A program made the translations under genes and the position numbers. 64,000 bases of DNA from contig NZ_JACESE010000009.1 in NCBI RefSeq assembly GCF_013911965.1, forward strand, positions 69,085-133,084, given 5' to 3'. Each line of letters opens with the position of its first letter. Position 1 is the first letter of the stretch. Under the pieces are notes generated by a model, which was not told the DNA's origin, searched no databases, and worked only from the letters and a program-made list of their open reading frames with translations. The stretch is from Phenylobacterium sp. (GTDB lineage Bacteria; Pseudomonadota; Alphaproteobacteria; Caulobacterales; Caulobacteraceae). This document shows, in pieces, positions 30,166 through 39,470 of the stretch.

Positions 30166-32034
30166 ATGAGTGTTTCACGCCCCTCCCTGCGGGGTGCGGC
30201 GGAGGATTCTGCGTCGATCGACATGTCGGCGGCGCCCAGGGTCCTGCGCCGGATCATCGGTCTCGCCTTGCGCTATCGCGGCCTTACGGCGCTGGCCATC
30301 GGATGCTCGATCGGCGCGGCCCTCTTCAGTCTGACCCTGCCCAAACTCTTCGGCCACGCGGTCGACCAGGCCCACCAACTGCTGACCGGCGGGGCGGCGA
30401 CCGCCGAGGCGGCGCAGGACGCGCTCCTCACCACCGCCCTGCTGGTGATCGGCGCGGCCAGCCTGAGGGGCCTGCTCACCGGCTATGGCGGCTATGTGGC
30501 CGAACAGGTGAGCCAGAAAGTGGCCTACGACCTGCGCCTGGCCTTCTTCCAGCAGCTGCAGCGGCTCTCCTTCGGGTTCCACGACAAGATCCATTCCGGC
30601 GACCTGATCACCCGCGGCATGCTGGATCTTGAGGGGACGCGCGCCTTCATCCAGGGCGGCATGATGCAGAGCCTGACGCTGGTCATGCTGCTGTCGGTCG
30701 CCTCCTTCATGATGTTCGCCACCAACCCCGTCATGGCGGTGATGGCGCTGGCCTTCGTGCCCATCGCCGGCTGGGCGCTGGCCCGCATGGGCGTCCTGCT
30801 CCGCGTCACCTGGCTGCGCGTGCAGCAGCTGATGTCGGTCCTGACGCTGACCATGGAGGAGAACCTCCAGGGCATCCGCGTGGTGCGCGCCTTCGCCGCC
30901 AAGGCCTTCGAGATGGGGAAGTTCGACAAGGCGGCGAACGACGCCCTGCAGTACTCCTTCAAGCGCATCACCCTGCGTTTCCGCGCGGTGACGGCCATGA
31001 CGCTGAGCTACTACGGCTCCATGGCCCTGCTGCTCTGGTATGGCGGCCACCAGGTGATCGACGGGGCCATGTCGGTGGGCCGGCTCACCGAATTCCTGAC
31101 CTATATGACCCTGCTGCAGGCGCCGATCCGGCAGATCGCCATGATCTTCGCCTCGGCCGCACGGGCGACCTCGTCCGGCGGCCGGGTGTTCGAGGTCCTG
31201 GACCTGGCGCCCGGCATCGCCGACGCGCCGGGCGCGCAGCCGCTGAAGGCCGGCGAGGGCGTCCTGCGCTTCGAGCATGTGGACTTCGCCTATGACGAGG
31301 GGCGGCCCGTCCTGCGCGACGTCAGCTTCGAGGTCCGGCCGGGCCAGACCCTGGGCGTCGTGGGCGCGCCGGGCAGCGGCAAGTCGACCATCGCCAACCT
31401 GATCCCCCGCTTCTACGACGTCACCGGCGGCAGGATCACCATCGACGGCCAGGACATCCGCGAGGTGACGCTCGCCTCCCTGCGCCAGTATGTGGGTCTG
31501 GTGCAGCAGGAAGCCTTCCTGTTCGACACCACCGTGACCAACAACGTCGCCTATGCCGATCCCTGGGCCGAGGAGGACCGCATCGTCGGGGCCGCCCGCA
31601 CGGCCCAGCTGCACGACTACATCGCGGGCCTGCCGACCGGCTATTCGACGCGGGTGGGCGAGCGGGGCGTGGCGCTCTCGGGCGGTCAGCGCCAGCGGAT
31701 GTCCATCGCCCGCGGCGTGGTGCCGGGGCCGGGCGTCATGATCTTCGACGACTCCACCGCCGCCATCGACGCGGTGACCGAGCGCAAGGTGCGCGAAGCC
31801 CTGGCCAGCGCCACCAGGACCAAGGCGACGATCATCATCGCCCACCGCCTGTCCTCCCTGATGCACGCCGACCAGATCGTGGTGCTGGACGAGGGGCGGG
31901 TGGTGGAGCGCGGCACGCACGCCGAACTGGTCGCGCGCGGCGGCGCCTATGCCGATCTCTACGCCTTGCAGACCAAGGCCGATCCCGGCCTGCCGGAGGA
32001 AGCGCCGGCCAGCCGCCAGGAGGAACGGGCGTGA
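30166..32034 (+). CDS. ABC exporter TMD-NBD half transporter 1 (degenerate Walker B)
   Basis: GAPGSGKS, LSGGQRQ, IFDDST and IAHRL motifs; start uncertain (30166 or 30223). Confidence 0.93.
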   Translation: MSVSRPSLRGAAEDSASIDMSAAPRVLRRIIGLALRYRGLTALAIGCSIGAALFSLTLPKLFGHAVDQAHQLLTGGAATAEAAQDALLTTALLVIGAASLRGLLTGYGGYVAEQVSQKVAYDLRLAFFQQLQRLSFGFHDKIHSGDLITRGMLDLEGTRAFIQGGMMQSLTLVMLLSVASFMMFATNPVMAVMALAFVPIAGWALARMGVLLRVTWLRVQQLMSVLTLTMEENLQGIRVVRAFAAKAFEMGKFDKAANDALQYSFKRITLRFRAVTAMTLSYYGSMALLLWYGGHQVIDGAMSVGRLTEFLTYMTLLQAPIRQIAMIFASAARATSSGGRVFEVLDLAPGIADAPGAQPLKAGEGVLRFEHVDFAYDEGRPVLRDVSFEVRPGQTLGVVGAPGSGKSTIANLIPRFYDVTGGRITIDGQDIREVTLASLRQYVGLVQQEAFLFDTTVTNNVAYADPWAEEDRIVGAARTAQLHDYIAGLPTGYSTRVGERGVALSGGQRQRMSIARGVVPGPGVMIFDDSTAAIDAVTERKVREALASATRTKATIIIAHRLSSLMHADQIVVLDEGRVVERGTHAELVARGGAYADLYALQTKADPGLPEEAPASRQEERA

Positions 32035-33914
32035 GCGACTTCGTCTTCGACCGCGGCTCCGACGACCCGGCCCAGGCGCCGCGCCGGCCGCGCGCCACCC
32101 TCGGCAGCGACGACGCCGAGGAGATCTTCGCCTCCATCGATCCGAAGATCCTCGGCCGCTTCCTGGACTATCTGAAGCCGCACAAGAGCTTCGCCATCGG
32201 CGCCCAGGTCGCCGTGCTGATCTCGGCCGCCACGGCGATCACCATTCCCTATCTGATCGGCCAGGCGGTCAACGCCTCGGTGGGCGGCGGCGACGGGGAC
32301 CGGCTGGACCTCATCATCATGGCCTTCGTCGCCGTGGTGATCCTGAACGCCGGAGCCTTCTTCCTGGAGCAGTGGATGAGCGCGCGGCTCGCCCAGCGGG
32401 TGATCTTCGACGTCCGCCGCTCCATGTTCGCCCACTTCCAGGACGTGTCCCTGTCCTTCATGGACAAGACCCATGTGGGCCGGATCATGGCGAGGCTGCA
32501 GGGCGACGTGAACGCCCTGCAGGAATTCCTGGAAAGCACCACCGGCGCCGTCGGCGACATCGCCCTGCTGATCGGCATCACGGTGGTGCTGCTGTCCATG
32601 GACCTGCAGCTTGGCCTGCTGACCCTGACGGTGATCCCCGCCCTGATCGTGGTGCGGGCCATCTGGCTGCCGTTCTCGAAGAAGACCTTCCGGGAGGCGC
32701 GCGACGCCTCCTCCACCGCCAACAGCGCTCTGGCCGAAAACATCAACGGCGTGCGCACCGTGCAGGAGAGCCGGCGGGAGGCGCTCAACTTCGAACTCTA
32801 CGAGGAGAAGGCGCGGGAGAACCTCAAGGCCCAGACCAATTCCGCGGCCATGACCCAGGTCATGGTTCCGACGGTCGACGTGCTGACCGGCTTCGCCATG
32901 GCCATCGTCATCGTGGTCGGCGGCAATGCGGTGCTCGGCGGCCGGCTGGACGTGGGCGTCATGGTCGCCTTCATCTTCTACGTGCAGCGCTTCTTCGATC
33001 CGGTCCGCATGCTGTCGATGCAGTACACGATCATGCAGCGCGCCATGGCGGCGGGCCATCGCATCTTCGAGGTGCTGGACGTGCCCGTGACCATCCAGGA
33101 CAAGCCGGACGCCGAACCTCTGGGCGATGTCGAGCCGACGGTGGAATTCCGCAATGTCACCTTCGGCTACGACCCGGCGCGGCCGGTGCTGCACGATGTC
33201 AGCTTCACCGTGAAACCCCGCGAGGTCGTCGCCCTGGTGGGGCCGACGGGCTCGGGCAAGACCAGCATCATCGCGCTCGCCCACCGCTTCTACGAGGTCG
33301 ACCAGGGCCAGGTCCTGGTCGGCGGCCGCGACGTGCGCGACGTGACGCTCGACTCCCTCGGCCGGAAGATCGGCATGGTGCTGCAGGAGCCCTTCCTGTT
33401 CACGGGCACGATCGAGGAGAACATCCGCTACAACACCGAAGGGGCCACCCGGGAAGACGTCGTCGCCGCGGCCAAGGCGGTTTCGGCCCACGACTTCATC
33501 ATGCGGCTGCCCGAGGGCTATGCGACGCCGCTCGGTCAGCGCGGACGCAACCTCTCGCTCGGCCAGAGGCAGCTGATCTCCTTCGCCCGCGCCCTGGTCG
33601 CCGACCCGCAGATCCTGATCCTCGACGAGGCGACGGCCAACATCGACTCCTTCACCGAACTGGCCATCCAGAAGGCGCTGAAGGTGCTGTTCGCCGGCCG
33701 CACCTGCATGGTGATCGCCCACCGCCTGGCCACCATCCGCGACGCCGACAAGATCATCGTCCTGCAACAGGGGCGCATCATCGAGCAGGGCTCGCACGAG
33801 GTGCTGATGCGGAACGGCGGCCTCTACGCCCGTCTCTACGCCTCCGCCCACGCCTCCTTCGACGACGCCCAGGTCGCCGAGACGGGCGATGCGGAGTTCG
33901 CCACCCGAACCTAG
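32031..33914 (+). CDS. ABC exporter TMD-NBD half transporter 2
   Basis: GPTGSGKT, LSLGQRQ, ILDEATA and IAHRL motifs; GTGA overlap with its partner gene. Confidence 0.94.
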   Translation: MSDFVFDRGSDDPAQAPRRPRATLGSDDAEEIFASIDPKILGRFLDYLKPHKSFAIGAQVAVLISAATAITIPYLIGQAVNASVGGGDGDRLDLIIMAFVAVVILNAGAFFLEQWMSARLAQRVIFDVRRSMFAHFQDVSLSFMDKTHVGRIMARLQGDVNALQEFLESTTGAVGDIALLIGITVVLLSMDLQLGLLTLTVIPALIVVRAIWLPFSKKTFREARDASSTANSALAENINGVRTVQESRREALNFELYEEKARENLKAQTNSAAMTQVMVPTVDVLTGFAMAIVIVVGGNAVLGGRLDVGVMVAFIFYVQRFFDPVRMLSMQYTIMQRAMAAGHRIFEVLDVPVTIQDKPDAEPLGDVEPTVEFRNVTFGYDPARPVLHDVSFTVKPREVVALVGPTGSGKTSIIALAHRFYEVDQGQVLVGGRDVRDVTLDSLGRKIGMVLQEPFLFTGTIEENIRYNTEGATREDVVAAAKAVSAHDFIMRLPEGYATPLGQRGRNLSLGQRQLISFARALVADPQILILDEATANIDSFTELAIQKALKVLFAGRTCMVIAHRLATIRDADKIIVLQQGRIIEQGSHEVLMRNGGLYARLYASAHASFDDAQVAETGDAEFATRT

Positions 33915-33918
33915 GCGC

Positions 33919-34395
33919 TCAGCGATTGAGCGGCGCGGCGCGGGCGACCGCCCCGGGGCCCGGCCGCGCTTCGACGTCGCGCGCGGCGACCGGCTCGCCG
34001 CACTCGGAGCAGACCTGCACGGCGTGGAAGTCGCAGCCGCAGCCCTTGTGCCGGCGCAGGATCGGCGGGCCCTCCTCTCCGGCGTAATGGCGGTCGCCCC
34101 ACTCCACGAGCGCCATGATCACCGGGTGCAGATCCAGCCCCTTGGCCGTCAGCCGATATTCGTGCCGCACCGGCCGTTCCTGATAGGGCCGGCGCTCCAG
34201 CACGCCCTCGGCCGCGAGCAGGTTCAGCCGCTCGGCCACGATGCTGCGGGAGATGCCGAGCCGCGCCTGAAAGGCCTCGAACCGCCGCACGCCGAGGAAA
34301 CAGTCGCGCAGGATCATCAGCGTCCAGCGGTCGCCGATCACGGCCAGGGTGCGCGCGACGGAGCAGGGTTCGCGGCTCAGTTCTTCCCACTTCAT
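33919..34395 (-). CDS. HxlR family winged-helix regulator
   Basis: CSVARTLAVIGDRWTLMILR, RFEAFQ and EYRLTAKG motifs; C-terminal CxxC-like HKGCG...CSECG. Confidence 0.9.
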   Translation of the reverse strand: MKWEELSREPCSVARTLAVIGDRWTLMILRDCFLGVRRFEAFQARLGISRSIVAERLNLLAAEGVLERRPYQERPVRHEYRLTAKGLDLHPVIMALVEWGDRHYAGEEGPPILRRHKGCGCDFHAVQVCSECGEPVAARDVEARPGPGAVARAAPLNR

Positions 34396-34426
34396 CGGCG
34401 GCCTCCGGTTGGCGGCGCATGATCCC

Positions 34427-34448
34427 ATTGACTCCGTCCGGATTCAAT
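34427..34448. promoter_or_regulatory. Inverted repeat operator in the HxlR/SDR divergon
   Basis: ATTGACTCC-GTCC-GGATTCAAT has one mismatch between the arms; each arm contains a GANTC. Confidence 0.5.
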
Positions 34449-34482
34449 ACGAACGTCAGTCCAGAAACCGAACGGAGTAGCC

Positions 34483-35229
34483 ATGTCGCAGCCGCAGGAT
34501 CGCGCCGGAGCCTGTCTCGTGGTCGGCGCCGGCGACGGGCTGGGCGGAGCGACGGCCCGCGCCTTCGCCGCCGAGGGCCTGACGGCCTGCGTCACGCGCC
34601 GCCCGCGGCGCCGCGACGCGCTGAACGCGCTGGCCCGCCAGATCGAAGAGGCTGGAGGGAAGGCCCGGGCCTACGGCGTGGACGCCCGGGAGGAGGGCGA
34701 GATGATCGCTCTCTTCGATGAGATCGAGGCCGATGTGGGTCCGCTGGAGGTGGTGGTCTTCAATATCGGGGCGAACGTGCGCTTTCCCATCCTGGAGACC
34801 ACCAGCCGGGTCTTCACCAAGGTGTGGGAGATGGCCTGTTTCGCAGGCTTCCTCACCGGACGGGAGGCGGCGCGGGTGATGCTGCCGCGCGGGCGGGGCA
34901 CGATCATCTTCACCGGCGCGACCGCCTCGGTCCGCGGGCGCGAGGGGTTCGCCGCCTTCGCTGCGGCCAAGCACGGCCTGCGCGCCGTCGCGCAGAGCCT
35001 GGCGCGGGAGGTGGGGCCGCAGGGCCTGCACGTGGCCCATGTGGTGATCGACGGAGCGGTCGACGGCGTGTTCAGCCGCGGGAACATTCCCGACGTGGAA
35101 GAGCGGGCGGCGCAGGATCGGATTCTGAACCCCGCCGACGTCGCCGCGGCCTATGTGGCGCTGCACCGCCAGCCACGAAGCGCCTGGACGCACGAGCTCG
35201 ATCTTCGTCCGTGGGCGGAGAAGTGGTGA
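34483..35229 (+). CDS. SDR family oxidoreductase
   Basis: VVGAGDGLG, FNIGAN, TGATAS, FAAAK and VVIDG motifs. Confidence 0.9.
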   Translation: MSQPQDRAGACLVVGAGDGLGGATARAFAAEGLTACVTRRPRRRDALNALARQIEEAGGKARAYGVDAREEGEMIALFDEIEADVGPLEVVVFNIGANVRFPILETTSRVFTKVWEMACFAGFLTGREAARVMLPRGRGTIIFTGATASVRGREGFAAFAAAKHGLRAVAQSLAREVGPQGLHVAHVVIDGAVDGVFSRGNIPDVEERAAQDRILNPADVAAAYVALHRQPRSAWTHELDLRPWAEKW

Positions 35230-35246
35230 GCGAAAGGAGGTCGGCC

Positions 35247-35849
35247 GTGGCCAAGACCCTGGAATTCCTCTTCGATTTCGGCAGTCCCAATGTCTATCTG
35301 GCCTGGAAGGCCTTGCCGCCGATCCTGCGGCGCACGGGCGCCTCGCTGCAGGTGACGCCCATCCTGCTGGGCGGGCTGTTCAAACTGACCGACAACCGCT
35401 CGCCGGTGGAGGCCTTCGCCGGGGTGAAGGGCAAGCTGGCCTATGAGAACCTGGAGACGCAGCGGTTCGTGGCGCGGCACGGCCTGTCCGCCTTCCGCAT
35501 GAATCCGCACTTCCCGGTGAACACCCTGCTGATCCAGCGCGGCCTCGTGGCGGCCGGGCGCGCGGGCGTGGCCGAGGCCTATCGGGAGGCCGTCCTCGCC
35601 GCCATGTGGGAGCAGGGGCTGAAGATGGACGACCCGGCGGTGGTCGCCCAGGTTCTGGACGCTGCGGGTCTGGATTCCCGCGTCCTTCTGGAGGCGACCC
35701 AGGACCCGGCGGTGAAGGCCGAGCTGATGGCCGCCACCGAGGCCGCCGCCGCCCGCGGGGCGTTCGGCGCGCCCACCTTCTTCGTCGGCGCGGAGATGTT
35801 CTTCGGCAAGGACCGGCTGGATCAGGTCGAGGCCGAGCTCGCCGCCTGA
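35247..35849 (+). CDS. 2-hydroxychromene-2-carboxylate isomerase / GST-kappa (DsbA-like) family
   Basis: FLFDFGSPNVY, PILLGG, GAFGAPTF and FFGKDRL motifs; GGAGG RBS before the GTG. Confidence 0.9.
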   Translation: MAKTLEFLFDFGSPNVYLAWKALPPILRRTGASLQVTPILLGGLFKLTDNRSPVEAFAGVKGKLAYENLETQRFVARHGLSAFRMNPHFPVNTLLIQRGLVAAGRAGVAEAYREAVLAAMWEQGLKMDDPAVVAQVLDAAGLDSRVLLEATQDPAVKAELMAATEAAAARGAFGAPTFFVGAEMFFGKDRLDQVEAELAA

Positions 35850-35852
35850 CGC

Positions 35853-36623
35853 TCAGGGGCGCCGGAACACGTGGACGTCGCCCACCTGGCCCAGGGCGAT
35901 GAGATCGCCGTCCGGCTCCAGGCCCGCGGAACGGGCGAAGGGCGCCGGATCGGCGGCGTAGTAGGTCAGGCGCTCGCGCGAGGACGCCTGCACCCGTCCC
36001 TGGGCGTCGCGGACCTGATAGTCGAGCACCTGGTCGAAACGGCCGATCTCCGGCCGCGCGCGCCGGTCGTGGACGAAGACCAGCAGTTCCTGACCCTGGT
36101 CGTTGAAGGGCGCGCGCAGCACGGGCCGATCGGGCGGCGGCGCCGGGGCCGCGGCCAGCCTGTCGGCCCGGGGGAGGTGGAAGGCGGCCCGGCCGCCGGG
36201 CGCCAGCCGCGCCGCCACGCCCCCGAAGACGTTCTTCCAGGCGGCGCCCGCCGGCAGGTGGGCGAGGCCGAAATAGGGGCAGACGATCGCATCGAACGGC
36301 CCTGGAACCGACAGGGCGGCCATGTCGCCCCGCACGAGGGTCACCCGCGCGGCGATCTCCGGCGGCGCCGCCTGGCGCCGCGCCTCGGCCTGGGCGAGCA
36401 TGAGGGGCGAGAGGTCGAGGCCGACCACCGTGAAGCCGCGCTCGGCCAGGGCCAGGCAGACGCGGCCCGTGCCGGCGCCGAGCTCCAGAACGCGGCCGCC
36501 CTCGGGCGCGAGGCGCGCATAGATGTCGACGTCCCCGGAGAGGTCCGGGTCGAGCGCCGTGGTCAGGTCGTAGAAGGGCGCCGACAGACCGCCGGGCGAA
36601 TAATAGGGTTTGACCTCGGCCAT
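35853..36623 (-). CDS. Class I SAM-dependent methyltransferase
   Basis: VLELGAGTGRV, GLDLS and GDMA motifs; GGAG RBS before the ATG at 36623. Confidence 0.88.
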   Translation of the reverse strand: MAEVKPYYSPGGLSAPFYDLTTALDPDLSGDVDIYARLAPEGGRVLELGAGTGRVCLALAERGFTVVGLDLSPLMLAQAEARRQAAPPEIAARVTLVRGDMAALSVPGPFDAIVCPYFGLAHLPAGAAWKNVFGGVAARLAPGGRAAFHLPRADRLAAAPAPPPDRPVLRAPFNDQGQELLVFVHDRRARPEIGRFDQVLDYQVRDAQGRVQASSRERLTYYAADPAPFARSAGLEPDGDLIALGQVGDVHVFRRP

Positions 36624-36755
36624 TTTCACTCCCTGGACGTGAAGGAGAGGCCGCGCCTGAGGGAAAGGCAAGGTCCGGCATTGCGCCCGCTCAAGGCGCA
36701 GCCCACATTCCCCCGCGAAACTGCGCCTTTCAGGTTCGAACTCGGAGCGCCCGCC

Positions 36756-37433
36756 TTGAAAAGTCTCGCCGCCCGTCTCGCCCGCGCCGCCGCGCTGGTC
36801 CTCCTGCCGCTGGCGCTCGCCGGCTGCGGGATCAACACCATTCCGACCAAGGACGAGCAGGCCAAGGCGGCCTGGGCCGAGGTGCAGAACCAGTATCAGC
36901 GCCGGTCCGACCTGATCCCCAACCTGGTGGCCACCGTTCAGGGTTACGCCGACCAGGAACAGGAGGTGCTGACCGCCGTCACCGAGGCCCGCGCCTCGGC
37001 GACCCAGGTGCAGGTGGACGCCTCCACCATCACCGATCCCGAGCAGTTCCAGCGCTTCGCCCAGGCCCAGGACCAGCTCACCGGCGTGCTGGGCCGCCTG
37101 ATGATGATCCAGGAGCGCTATCCCGAGCTGCGCTCGAATCAGAACTTCCTGGCCCTGCAGAGCCAGCTGGAAGGCACGGAGAACCGCATCGCCATCGCCC
37201 GGCGCGACTACAACGAGGCCGTCCGCGACTACAACACCGAGATCCGCACCTTCCCGGGGGCGATCTGGGCCAACACCGTGCACGGCTGGGCCGAGCCCAT
37301 GCAGACCTTCGAGGCCTCGCCCGCGGCCCAGACCGCGCCGACCGTGTCCTTCGACCAGCCCGCGGCGCCGGCCGCCCAGCCTGCGCCTGCACCGGCCGCT
37401 CAGCCCGCGCCTGAGCCCGCGCCGGCCCAATGA
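36756..37433 (+). CDS. lemA: LemA family lipoprotein
   Basis: Lipobox LAGC; YQRRSDLIPNLV, ERYPELRSNQNF and ENRIAIARRDYN motifs; TTG start after GGAG. Confidence 0.93.
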   Translation: MKSLAARLARAAALVLLPLALAGCGINTIPTKDEQAKAAWAEVQNQYQRRSDLIPNLVATVQGYADQEQEVLTAVTEARASATQVQVDASTITDPEQFQRFAQAQDQLTGVLGRLMMIQERYPELRSNQNFLALQSQLEGTENRIAIARRDYNEAVRDYNTEIRTFPGAIWANTVHGWAEPMQTFEASPAAQTAPTVSFDQPAAPAAQPAPAPAAQPAPEPAPAQ

Positions 37434-38239
37434 CGCTTCTGGCCCGCGCCGTCCGCGGGCTGGCGCTTTCGGTGGTTCTGGCCTTCGCCGGGGCCCCGGC
37501 GGCCCTGGCGGCGCCGACCTTTCCCGAGCTGACCGGCCGCGTCGTCGACGGGGCCGACATCCTCTCGCCCCAGGCCGAGACGCAGCTCACCGGCGAGCTC
37601 GCCGCCCTGGAGGCCCAGACCGGCCGCCAGCTGGTCGTGGTCACGCTTGCGGACCTGCAGGGCTATGAGATCGAGGACTATGGCTATCAGCTCGGCCGCG
37701 CCTGGGGCATCGGCCAGGCTGAAACCGACTCCGGCGCCCTCTTCATCGTCGCGCCCAACCAGCGGAAGGTGCGGATCGAGGTCGGCTACGGCCTGGAGCC
37801 GATCCTGACCGACGCCCTGTCGTCCACCATCCTGCAGCGCATCGTCCTGCCCGAATTCCGCGAGGGGCGGATGGAGGCGGGCGTCGTCGCCGGGACCGAG
37901 GCCATCATCCGCCAGCTCGGCCTGCCGGAGGAGGAGGCGCGCGCCCTCGCCGCCCAGGCCGCCGAGCGGCAGGCGAGTCACGACGACGGCGGCGTCGCCG
38001 TGCCGATCATCTTCGTCCTGTTCATCGTCTTCTGGATCATCGGCGGCTTCATGGGCGCTTTCGGCCGGGGCCGGCGCCGGCGGGGCGGCCTCTGGTGGCT
38101 CCTGCCGCTGCTGATCTCCAGCGGCGGCCATCGTCATCGCGGCGGAGGCGGCGGCTTCGGAGGCGGCTCCTTCGGCGGTGGAGGCTTCTCCGGCGGGGGC
38201 GGCTCCTTCGGCGGCGGCGGATCCTCGGGGAGCTGGTGA
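37430..38239 (+). CDS. TPM domain membrane protein with Gly-rich C-terminus (YgcG-like)
   Basis: VVDGADIL, RIEVGYGLE, LTDALS and a GGGSFGGGGSSGSW tail. Confidence 0.92.
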   Translation: MTLLARAVRGLALSVVLAFAGAPAALAAPTFPELTGRVVDGADILSPQAETQLTGELAALEAQTGRQLVVVTLADLQGYEIEDYGYQLGRAWGIGQAETDSGALFIVAPNQRKVRIEVGYGLEPILTDALSSTILQRIVLPEFREGRMEAGVVAGTEAIIRQLGLPEEEARALAAQAAERQASHDDGGVAVPIIFVLFIVFWIIGGFMGAFGRGRRRRGGLWWLLPLLISSGGHRHRGGGGGFGGGSFGGGGFSGGGGSFGGGGSSGSW

Positions 38240-38240
38240 G

Positions 38241-38936
38241 ATGTTGAACGACGAAGATCGCGCCAAGGTGAAGGCCGCCGTCCGCGCGGCCGAGCGGCGC
38301 ACCACCGGCGAGCTCTATTGCGTGATCGCCGAGGAATCCTCCGACTATCGCGAAACCCCCTTCATCTGGGCGGGCCTCGCCGCCCTGGCCGCGCCCGCCA
38401 TCCTGCTGCTGGCCGGGGTCGAGGTCTCCGTCCCTGACGCCTTCGTCCCCTGGACCGCGGCCCAGGCCGGGGCGGCGGCCGAACAGGCGGTGCGCGGCGC
38501 CCTGACCATGGCGCTGGTGCTCCAGGCGGGCCTGTTCGTCGCGGTGGCGGCGATCGGCTCGATCACGCCCTTCCGCCGCTTCATGACGCCGCGCAGCGTC
38601 AAGCAGGACCGCGCCCGACGCCGCGCCGAGGAGCTGTTCCTGGCCAAGAACCTGCACCAGACGCGGGAGCGGACCGGCGTGCTGGTCTTCGTCTCTCTGG
38701 CCGAGCACGCCGCCGAGATCCTGGCGGACGAGGGAATCTCGGCGGTCGTCGAGCAGGCCGAGTGGGACGCCGCCGTCGCCGCCCTGGTGGCCGAGGCCCG
38801 CGCCGGGCGGCCGGCCGATGGCCTCGCCAAGGCCGTCGAAATGGTGGGCGACATCCTCGCCCGCCGCTTCCCGGCCGACGCGACGGACAACCCCAACGAG
38901 CTGCCCGATTCCGTGGTGGAGCTGCCGGCGCTCTAA
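38241..38936 (+). CDS. TPM domain membrane protein (second lemA-operon partner)
   Basis: AERRTTGE, RTGVLVFVSLAEH, ILADEGI and NELPD motifs; two TM segments. Confidence 0.9.
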   Translation: MLNDEDRAKVKAAVRAAERRTTGELYCVIAEESSDYRETPFIWAGLAALAAPAILLLAGVEVSVPDAFVPWTAAQAGAAAEQAVRGALTMALVLQAGLFVAVAAIGSITPFRRFMTPRSVKQDRARRRAEELFLAKNLHQTRERTGVLVFVSLAEHAAEILADEGISAVVEQAEWDAAVAALVAEARAGRPADGLAKAVEMVGDILARRFPADATDNPNELPDSVVELPAL

Positions 38937-39005
38937 CGGCCGTTTACACCGCCGCTTCCGCGCCCGTACTCTTTCCGACGAGGAAACGACAACAGGGGAC
39001 GGGGC

Positions 39006-39467
39006 ATGGCCTACCAGCTCAACGTCAATGGCCGGGCCTATGAGGCCGACGTGGAGGCGGACACCCCGCTGCTCTGGGTGCTGCGCGATACGCTGGGCCT
39101 CGTGGGGACCAAGTATGGCTGCGGCATCGCCCAATGCGGCGCCTGCACCGTCCATGCGGACGGCGCGCCGATCCGCGCCTGCGTGACCCCGGTCGAGGCG
39201 GTCGGCGGGGTCCAGATCACCACCATCGAGGGCGCGGCGGCGCTGGAGCCGGGCGCCCGCGTCCAGCAGGCCTGGCGCGAGCTCGACGTGGCCCAGTGCG
39301 GCTACTGCCAGCCGGGCCAGATCATGTCGGCCACGGCGCTGCTCACGGCGAATCCGAAGCCCACCGACGCCGACATCGACGCGGCCATGGCCGGCAACCT
39401 CTGCCGCTGCGCCACCTATGTCCGCATCCGCGCCGCCATCAAGCGCGCCTCGGGCCAGGAGGTCTGA
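39006..39467 (+). CDS. 2Fe-2S subunit of a xanthine-oxidase-family molybdoenzyme (IorA-like)
   Basis: [24 protein letters not shown] and NLCRC motifs. Confidence 0.95.
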   Translation: MAYQLNVNGRAYEADVEADTPLLWVLRDTLGLVGTKYGCGIAQCGACTVHADGAPIRACVTPVEAVGGVQITTIEGAAALEPGARVQQAWRELDVAQCGYCQPGQIMSATALLTANPKPTDADIDAAMAGNLCRCATYVRIRAAIKRASGQEV

Positions 39468-39470
39468 ACC

